This document shows, one piece after another, positions 57,640 through 64,000 of a DNA stretch of 64,000 bases. The stretch covers positions 15,431 to 79,430 of the forward strand of contig JBFMGD010000008.1 in NCBI GenBank assembly GCA_040751775.1. The letters are read 5' to 3'. Positions within the stretch are counted from its first letter, which is position 1, and each line of letters opens with the position of its first letter. The notes under the pieces were generated by a model, which had not been told where the DNA came from, did not search any database, and saw only the letters and a list, made by a program, of their open reading frames with translations. The translations under genes were made by a program, and so were the position numbers. This DNA comes from Bacillota bacterium. Its GTDB lineage: Bacteria > Bacillota > Dethiobacteria > DTU022.

Positions 57640-59079
57640 TTATCGAAATATGGGGTATGATTTTTTCAAGATCTCGTCCGTGTAAACAGTGATATCTTTA
57701 TAGACTTCGTCATTCATTCTGCGGTATAAAGCGGTGTTGGCTTTATCGGGCAGGAATCTGTCCCTTATCTTAACCATTTTTTCTATGGCCGTTACGTAAC
57801 CGTCGTGTATGCCGGTGGCCACCGCGGCACAGATGGCCGCGCCCAGGCTGGCGGAACCGTTAACCGCATTTCTGGTCGTGGGGATGCCGAAAACATCGGC
57901 AAATATCTGCATGAACAGGTCGCCGTTGGATCCTCCCCCGGAAATAATAAGTTCTTTAAGTTTGATACCCAGTTCAGCGCACATGGCGTCGGCATGGTTT
58001 TTCATAGTCAAAGCGATCCCCTCCAGGATGGAGCGGAACATGTGGCCCCCGGTGTGGCGTACGTCAAAACCGATCATCAAGCCCTTCTTGTAGGGCGTTT
58101 CCGGGCGGGCTAACCAGTCCAGCACGGTCATCAAGCCGTCGCTGCCGGGAGGAACCTTTTCCCCTTCGTTGTTTAAATAGACTTCCGCGGGGATGCCCAG
58201 TGCCCGGGCTTTCAGCGCAACCTCATCACCCAGAAGATCTTTCATCCAGCTTATTGTCCACATTCCCCTGCGGATGCCGGTACTCTCGTATAAATAGTGG
58301 TGCGGCATGGATGCAAGGTTGGTAAAGAAATGTGCTGCCTCCTTCACGACTTTATGGCCGTACACCATGGATGTAATATAGGTCCCCAGGGAAACCAGGG
58401 CGGTGTTACCGGGGAGCAGGCCGGCACCCAGAGCTTCCACCGCTTTGTCGTTGGCCGTGGCGATGACGGGGATGCCGGCGGGAATGCCCGTGGCCTCCGC
58501 CGCTTTTTCCGTGACATATCCGGCGATGGTTCCGGGCAGCAGCAGATTGAAGAGCATCTCCCGGGGAATGTTGTACTGCTTGAAAATTTCCGGGTTATCG
58601 CTCCATTGCCATGTATCCTTGTCAATGGGCCATTGACCTTCGTAGTTGGCGACCGTGTCGCTGAACTCACCGGTAAGACGGTGGGTCATATAACCGGTGG
58701 TGGTGGTCACATATTTAACCTGAGGATCGAGGTGTTCATAAGGCCTGGAGAGCCTTAAATCCATCCAGCTGATAACCGGAGATGCCAGGGAGCCGTCTTC
58801 TTTTAATAGAACCCTGCAGCAGCGAATAGTGCACAGCCCTAAACCGATGATATCTTTAACGTTTCCGGTAAAACGCCGCATAGCCTGCTTGCTCGCCGCT
58901 GTAAGAGAGTCCCACAGGTCATCATCCGGATGCTCCACCACTCCCGGCCCGGGTAAACTCATCGCTCGTAAATCCTGTCTTCCTTCACAGATCACGTTCC
59001 CTTCAAGGTCGAAGATGACGACCTTTGAGCTCTGCGAGCCGCCGTCAATGCCGATAATATATTTTTTTGCCATTTTCAA
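57640..59079 (-). CDS. FGGY-family carbohydrate kinase (glycerol-kinase-like)
   Basis: MKMAKKYIIGIDGGSQSSKVVIFD…VVEHPDDDLW is a GlpK/XylB-type N-terminus. FGGY C-terminal domain. Confidence 0.8.
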   Translation of the reverse strand: MKMAKKYIIGIDGGSQSSKVVIFDLEGNVICEGRQDLRAMSLPGPGVVEHPDDDLWDSLTAASKQAMRRFTGNVKDIIGLGLCTIRCCRVLLKEDGSLASPVISWMDLRLSRPYEHLDPQVKYVTTTTGYMTHRLTGEFSDTVANYEGQWPIDKDTWQWSDNPEIFKQYNIPREMLFNLLLPGTIAGYVTEKAAEATGIPAGIPVIATANDKAVEALGAGLLPGNTALVSLGTYITSMVYGHKVVKEAAHFFTNLASMPHHYLYESTGIRRGMWTISWMKDLLGDEVALKARALGIPAEVYLNNEGEKVPPGSDGLMTVLDWLARPETPYKKGLMIGFDVRHTGGHMFRSILEGIALTMKNHADAMCAELGIKLKELIISGGGSNGDLFMQIFADVFGIPTTRNAVNGSASLGAAICAAVATGIHDGYVTAIEKMVKIRDRFLPDKANTALYRRMNDEVYKDITVYTDEILKKSYPIFR

Positions 59080-59111
59080 CTTCCCGCCCTTCTGCAGCTT
59101 TGGCTCTGCGG

Positions 59112-59894
59112 CTACCTGACCAGGTAGCCGCCGTCCACCACCAGGATATGACCATTGACGTAATCTGAAGCCCTACTGGCCAGGAATACAATGGCCCCCA
59201 TCAGGTCCGCGGGATCACCCCAGCGATTGGCCGGAACATGGTCCATCACTCTTTTATTTGCCTCGGGGCTGTTCCTGGTTTTGACCGTCAGCTCGGTAGC
59301 GTAATATCCCGGGGCAAGACCATTTACCTGAATATTAAATTGGGCCAGCTCGTCGCAGTAGGCCTTAGTGAAACCGGCCAGCCCGTGTTTCGTCGCCGCA
59401 TATGCCGGAGACCACTGGCCCCCCAGGAACGAAAACAGTGAGCAGATGTTGATGATCTTTCCGCTTCTTTGGGGGATCATTTTTTTTGCCGCTGCATGGC
59501 TTAGTTCGAAAGGTGCAGTAAGGTTAACGGCAAGCATCGGATCCCATGCGCTTCGACCGAATTCAAGGACATTTTGTTCATTAATACAGACACCGGCGCT
59601 GTTCACCAGAATATCAACAGAGCCAAGAGTATCAACACAGGCGTCAATGACTTTTAGGGCTGCTCCTTTTTCCGTGATATCTGTTTTCATAAATGCAAAC
59701 TTCACCCCTTCACTTTCGATCAGGGTTTTGGTGGCGCCGTCATCTTCGGCGAGGCTTGGAATAAACAGGTTCGCCCCGGCCTTGGCCAAGGCCAAGGCAA
59801 AAGCCTGTCCCAGCCCTGTGTTTCCACCGGTAATGATGGCGTTCTTGCCCTTTAATGAAAAGTGGTCCATGGAGAAGTCCTTAATACCCATCAT
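59112..59894 (-). CDS. Short-chain dehydrogenase/reductase (KduD/gluconate-5-DH-like)
   Basis: KGKNAIITGGNTGLG (TGxxxGxG), active-site YAATK and PG motif. Start placed at MMGIKDF after the GGAGGG RBS rather than at the tool's 59939. Confidence 0.8.
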   Translation of the reverse strand: MMGIKDFSMDHFSLKGKNAIITGGNTGLGQAFALALAKAGANLFIPSLAEDDGATKTLIESEGVKFAFMKTDITEKGAALKVIDACVDTLGSVDILVNSAGVCINEQNVLEFGRSAWDPMLAVNLTAPFELSHAAAKKMIPQRSGKIINICSLFSFLGGQWSPAYAATKHGLAGFTKAYCDELAQFNIQVNGLAPGYYATELTVKTRNSPEANKRVMDHVPANRWGDPADLMGAIVFLASRASDYVNGHILVVDGGYLVR

Positions 59895-59947
59895 CAATCC
59901 CTCCGCTTTAATCGGTTTCGAAATAGACATGGAGAGCATGCAATTTC

Positions 59948-59997
59948 AAAAAAAAGAGAAAAAAGCACACTTCCATACGGAAATTACTTTTCTCTCT
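59948..59997 (-). terminator. Leader terminator-like hairpin (candidate GlpP-responsive antitermination site)
   Basis: On the minus-strand transcript: AAGAGAGAAAAG–(21-nt loop containing a UUCC/GGAA mini-hairpin)–CUUUUUUCUCU then U8. That is an 11-bp stem with one G·U, ending ~45 nt before the SDR start. Confidence 0.55.
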
Positions 59998-60084
59998 TCA
60001 CTAGTAATTTAATTAAAGTATAAAATTTATTTCAATAAATGTCAATGAGCTGGTGTTTAGGTTTTTCCAGGTAACTACCGAACT

Positions 60085-60648
60085 TTACAAGCCCCATACT
60101 TCGGGGTTAGTTGAACAAATAGCCGTTGCGCCGGCTTTTAGGGCGGCCACGACGTCCTCCTTGCAGCAGATCAAGCCGCCTGAAATTATCGGTATCTTCG
60201 TTTTCTCCATAACCCAGGAAATTAGTTTAGGCCAACCCGGTAAGATTTCTATATAATCGGGTTGAGAGAGCTCAATTTGCTTATCGAGATTTCCGAAAGA
60301 AAATGAGTCAATAACGAACAACCTGTGAACGGTAATCAAACCCTGAGATTTGGCTGCTTTAAGCATAGCTGCTTTGGCGCTCAAAATACCGTCTGCCCGG
60401 GTATTATCTTTCATGTATTGAATAACAATCTCTTTGTTGGCAAAGCCTTCGAGCAGATCAACATTAATAAAGGCCATCTTTCCGCTGTCTTTAATTTTTT
60501 GGGCTATTTCAATGATATTTAAAACATTGCCGTATAGAATAAAGACGATTTTGCAATCAGAGGCCAGGACAGCCTTTAAACCCTCGTCGTCTTTGATAGC
60601 CGGTATGATGGGATAATCTTCCAATATGGTATCCAGCTTTTTATTCAT
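60085..60648 (-). CDS. glpP: GlpP-family glycerol-3-phosphate-responsive antiterminator
   Basis: PIIPAIKDD…VHRLFVIDS…ILPGW…IPIISGGLI…EDVVAALKAGATAICSTN aligns with B. subtilis GlpP. Start at MNKK (60648) follows GGAGG; the upstream ATG at 60675 would translate the RBS itself. Confidence 0.8.
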   Translation of the reverse strand: MNKKLDTILEDYPIIPAIKDDEGLKAVLASDCKIVFILYGNVLNIIEIAQKIKDSGKMAFINVDLLEGFANKEIVIQYMKDNTRADGILSAKAAMLKAAKSQGLITVHRLFVIDSFSFGNLDKQIELSQPDYIEILPGWPKLISWVMEKTKIPIISGGLICCKEDVVAALKAGATAICSTNPEVWGL

Positions 60649-61266
60649 TTTTCCTCCGTAAAAAAAGTGCTTCACTAATCATTTTATAATATATCTTCAT
60701 AGATGCCCACTCATTTCTTTACTACCATTCATGCCGCTTTGCTAGATTAACCTGTTTTTACAGAGCTTTTACCTGACTTCAATTTAGAATTAACACTCCT
60801 TTGATATAGTATATATTAGTTTAGTAATGCTGCATTTCCGGGTACATTTTGGCAAAGTAATAGCCGCTGCTTCCGTAAGCGGGAAAATAGGAAGCGATGA
60901 TCACTTTTTCCGCGATTACCTAATGCCCGTCTTTGGTTATTACAGCGCATGGGTTGCCTTCATGAAAATCTACCGCCCTGGTTCCATGCGCTTTCTTTGA
61001 CATTGCCATCTCCGGAATAGGGTAGGGCATACGCGAGGTAGTAATATATTGGGGATTTACCGTATGTTTTATTGTAACGCCACAGCTTCTCTACTTAACC
61101 CGGGTTTTTTTAAAATAATATTGACATTCATGTCATAATCTTTATATAATATATAAAAACCATTCATAAGATTATTTAAATTAAGTTTTCTCCTTATTAC
61201 AACAGTTATTTGGTCCGAATAAGCAGCCGTACATGGATTTCGGGTAGAACAGTACGGGTCCGGGAG

Positions 61267-61887
61267 CTATTCGGTAGTTTGGTATACACCGCCGGTGTAA
61301 AGCTCAAACAAGTTCTCGCTGATTTGTTCGATATCGTTTTCACGCTCCCAGACGATATCCCATAAAAATTCCCGGATCATATAGACAATACCCTTGGCGA
61401 TGATTTTTGTCTGAAGCGGCCTGGCCAGGTGGTGTTCCTGGGAATAATGCAGATCTTCGATCGTCCGCTCAATGAAGCGGTTAAAAATGTCGTCCCAGTA
61501 GCTGCGGGTCACCTTTGAATGGCCCAGGGCATCCCATATAATTTGAAATACATGGCGGTTTTCCCTGGCCAGTTTCAGCACGCTGTAAATCTGGTTGTAT
61601 ACTATTTCACGCACATCCGCATAACGGGAAGGACTGTAGTTGATGTAAACAACTTTTCCGATCTTTGTCATTACGTCGTCCACCAGGTTTTGCAGCAGCT
61701 CTTCTTTGTCTTTGAAATGGATATAGACTGTCCCGTAGCCTATTCCGGCCCGGCTGCTGATATCCTTAAAGGTGGTTCCGGTGTACCCTTTTTCCAGAAA
61801 AACCGACTTGGCCGACTCAAGAATAGCTTTTCTGGTGCAGGCTGAACGTTTTTTACGGCCGTCGATTTTTGTTTCATGTTTTTCCAT
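61267..61887 (-). CDS. TetR/AcrR-family transcriptional regulator
   Basis: N-terminal HTH (…AKSVFLEKGYTGTTFKDISSRAGIGYGTVYIHF…). Confidence 0.85.
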   Translation of the reverse strand: MEKHETKIDGRKKRSACTRKAILESAKSVFLEKGYTGTTFKDISSRAGIGYGTVYIHFKDKEELLQNLVDDVMTKIGKVVYINYSPSRYADVREIVYNQIYSVLKLARENRHVFQIIWDALGHSKVTRSYWDDIFNRFIERTIEDLHYSQEHHLARPLQTKIIAKGIVYMIREFLWDIVWERENDIEQISENLFELYTGGVYQTTE

Positions 61888-62058
61888 ACGGTTCCCTCCC
61901 CATAAGTCATTATAACGTAGACTACTTTTTTTGCAAAGCCGCAGGCGCCGCTGTCAAATGGGCCGCTGTAAATATCTTTCCTTTCCACGAGCTTGAACAG
62001 GAGATTTGGAGAATGGATCAGTTCGCCCGAATTATATCTAATAAGGAGGTTACGGCCA

Positions 62059-62922
62059 ATGAGTTATGTTGACTTCAGGGTGCTGATACCGCCCAAAGAA
62101 CAGTTTAGCGCCCTTTCGGAACAGGCAGCACCGGCGTATATGGAAAACTATATAAAAATGTTTGGCATCGATCTCTCCGAGTGGGTTCAGTATATCGGTG
62201 TTCCTGAACTGCTTGCGGAAATGGACCGCTCCGGGGTAGACCTGGCTGTGGTCCATGCCGAGATGAATTGGGGCCATATCAGCCGAGAGCTGAATGAAGC
62301 GGCCCGGGCCAGCGTGGCCCAGGCTCCTGACCGACTGGTGGGGGTGGTGACGATCGATCCCGAGGTAGATCCGGATCCGGTAGCAGTGCTGCGCGAGGCT
62401 CGCAAATGGGGAGCCGTCGGCTTGAATATCCAGGGTTGGGTCTACCAGCGCCGCATTAATGATCCTTATTTTTATCCCGCATACGACTATCTGCAGAAAC
62501 ACGATATGATTCTTTTCAGCCATACCGCTGTAAATTACAGCACCGACCGGTATATAGAATATTCACGGCCGGTCTACCTGGATATGATCGCCTGCGATTT
62601 TCCCAAACTGAAGATCGTGGCCATGCACGGTGGTTGGCCATGGGTAAACGAGCTCTGCGCTGTCTGCTGGAAACACAGCAACGTTTACTTCGAATTCGGC
62701 GGCCACCGGCCCAAGTATTTAATCAACCCCGGTTCGGGCTGGGAGACGCTTTTCAATTACGGGCGTAAAATCTTAAGTGGGCAAATGCTTTATGCCACCG
62801 AATGGCCGATGCTCGACATGAAACGCGGCATCGACGAAATCAGGGAGTTCTGGCCGTTAAGTGACGCTGTTAAAGAGGGGATTCTCGGTAAAAATGGCTT
62901 GAGACTGCTCGGCAGGCTCTAA
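62059..62922 (+). CDS. Amidohydrolase-2 (PF04909-type) family metal-dependent hydrolase
   Basis: ATG at 62059 after AAGGAGG, preferred over the tool's 61993. …VVHAEMNW…HTAVNYS…AMHGGWPW… TIM-barrel hydrolase motifs. Confidence 0.75.
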   Translation: MSYVDFRVLIPPKEQFSALSEQAAPAYMENYIKMFGIDLSEWVQYIGVPELLAEMDRSGVDLAVVHAEMNWGHISRELNEAARASVAQAPDRLVGVVTIDPEVDPDPVAVLREARKWGAVGLNIQGWVYQRRINDPYFYPAYDYLQKHDMILFSHTAVNYSTDRYIEYSRPVYLDMIACDFPKLKIVAMHGGWPWVNELCAVCWKHSNVYFEFGGHRPKYLINPGSGWETLFNYGRKILSGQMLYATEWPMLDMKRGIDEIREFWPLSDAVKEGILGKNGLRLLGRL

Positions 62923-62969
62923 TCTCCACTATTAATGAAGAATTATTAAAACGAAAGGAGTAACCATCA

Positions 62970-64000
62970 ATGCAAGAGTTAACCATTAACTATCAGAACC
63001 TGGCGGATTTGCTGGAGCGCAGTACTGTTGCTTACGGCGAGCGGCCGCTGTTCTTTTTTCCCGATGACGATCAGGAGATTAGCTACGCTACCTTTTACTG
63101 CTTAGTAAACAAAGCGGCCAACATGATGCAGGGTTTGGGAATCAAAAAAGGGGACCGTGTATCGGTGATGCTCCCCAACATCGTAGAGTTTCCGGTGCTC
63201 TGGATGGCGATCGCCAGGCAGGGTGCGGTGATGGTTCCCACAAATAACAGCTACCAGTCATCTGATTTGAAATATGTGCTCAATGATTCAGGTGCGAAAG
63301 CGATCTTTATCCATAAAGAATACTACCCTGTTCTGGAAGGGATCCGCGCCGATTGCCCAGCGCTGGAACATGTGGTAGTCCTTGGTGGCGAGGCTCCTTC
63401 CGGGACTGCCGAATTCGCAATGCTGATGGCCTCGGCCGATGACCGCTACACCGGTCCCGCCCCGGACCTGGAGGACCTGGTCAATATCCAGTACACCTCG
63501 GGTACTACCGGTTTTCCGAAGGGCTGCATGCTCACCCACAAGTACTGGCTGCAGCTGGGCCGGGCCGCCTCGGATTATGTCGCTATTCGGGACGATGATC
63601 GAGACCTCTGTGCCCAGCCGTTTTACTATATGGACGCCCAGTGGAATACAGTTCTTTGCATGATGCGCGGCATCGCCCTGGTAGTGATGAAGCGTTTCTC
63701 TTCTTCACGTCACTGGAAGGTATGCAAGGAATACGACGTTACTTTCTTCTATTGCATCGGCACTATGCCCGTCTATCTCGCTTCCATGCCCGATGATCCG
63801 GAAAATGAGCAGCAGCATAAACTGCGGGCGGTAATCTGCTCCGGTATCTACCCGCAACTGCACGAATACTTCGAAACCCGCTGGAATGTCCCCTGGCGAG
63901 AAGCCTTCGGGATGACCGAGACCGGGGTGGACCTGCTGGTGCCGCTGGCAGATACGGAATGTGTCGGCAGCGGGGCAATGGGGAAACCGATCCCATCAAA
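62970..64000 (+). CDS. AMP-dependent synthetase/ligase (acyl-CoA synthetase family), 3'-truncated by the window end
   Basis: ATG at 62970 after AAAGGAG. AMP-binding motif YTSGTTGFPKGCMLTH. Open to the window edge. Confidence 0.8.
   Translation, partial: MQELTINYQNLADLLERSTVAYGERPLFFFPDDDQEISYATFYCLVNKAANMMQGLGIKKGDRVSVMLPNIVEFPVLWMAIARQGAVMVPTNNSYQSSDLKYVLNDSGAKAIFIHKEYYPVLEGIRADCPALEHVVVLGGEAPSGTAEFAMLMASADDRYTGPAPDLEDLVNIQYTSGTTGFPKGCMLTHKYWLQLGRAASDYVAIRDDDRDLCAQPFYYMDAQWNTVLCMMRGIALVVMKRFSSSRHWKVCKEYDVTFFYCIGTMPVYLASMPDDPENEQQHKLRAVICSGIYPQLHEYFETRWNVPWREAFGMTETGVDLLVPLADTECVGSGAMGKPIPS

Noticed and set aside
59895-59939. Upstream ATG (59939) as SDR start
   Set aside because: The first 15 codons would translate the leader and its GGAGGG Shine-Dalgarno. 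The SDR Rossmann motif lies ~15 aa after the MMGIKDF start.
60649-60675. ATG at 60675 as glpP start (MKHFFYGGK…)
   Set aside because: Those codons encode the GGAGG ribosome-binding site itself. Bacillus GlpP starts only a few residues before the PI(L/I)PAI motif.
61888-62058. Looked for a TetR operator palindrome between the TetR gene and the amidohydrolase
   Set aside because: Only weak, short dyads (cttgaacag…cagttcg). Not enough to call.

Overview
This window looks like a moderate-GC Firmicutes (Clostridia or Negativicutes-like) chromosome segment with four blocks. The organism guess rests on the gene content only. Blocks: (1) 1–10 kb: a 5'-truncated M20 peptidase, an MBL-fold hydrolase, an M23 peptidase, a signalling cluster (hybrid REC-PAS-HisKA_3 kinase plus a NarL-type regulator) and a PAS/GAF HD-GYP phosphodiesterase. 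(2) 10–12.9 kb: a patch of at least five unrelated gene fragments bracketed by an imperfect ~90–115 bp direct repeat. (3) 12.9–40.4 kb: a ~27.5 kb glycan-biosynthesis island. It holds three nucleotide-sugar routes (dTDP-L-rhamnose with an rmlB-rmlA fusion, UDP-ManNAc via a WecB-type epimerase, and a UDP-6-deoxy-L-HexNAc-type trio). It also holds at least 17 glycosyltransferase domains, several in duplicated multi-domain proteins, and four SAM methyltransferases. No flippase, polymerase, priming phosphotransferase or ABC exporter lies in the window, and another pseudogene sits at the right border. (4) 41.5–64 kb: a PAS-type sigma-54 activator is divergent from a recognisable -24/-12 promoter. 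That promoter precedes an operon of two amber-less MttB-family methyltransferases, an OpuC-type ABC importer, a two-cysteine proline-racemase-family enzyme, an opine-DH/ketopantoate-reductase-like dehydrogenase and a PanB homologue. Convergent on it is a GlpP-antiterminator-led operon (SDR, FGGY kinase, two GlcD-like FAD oxidases flanking etfBA), then TetR, an amidohydrolase and an acyl-CoA ligase truncated at the window end. No rRNA, tRNA, CRISPR or intact transposase was seen. The best candidates for undescribed biology are the methylated-glycan island with shuffled multi-GT proteins, the sigma-54 / MttB / proline-racemase / PanB / ODH locus, and the GlpP-controlled Etf-linked oxidase operon.
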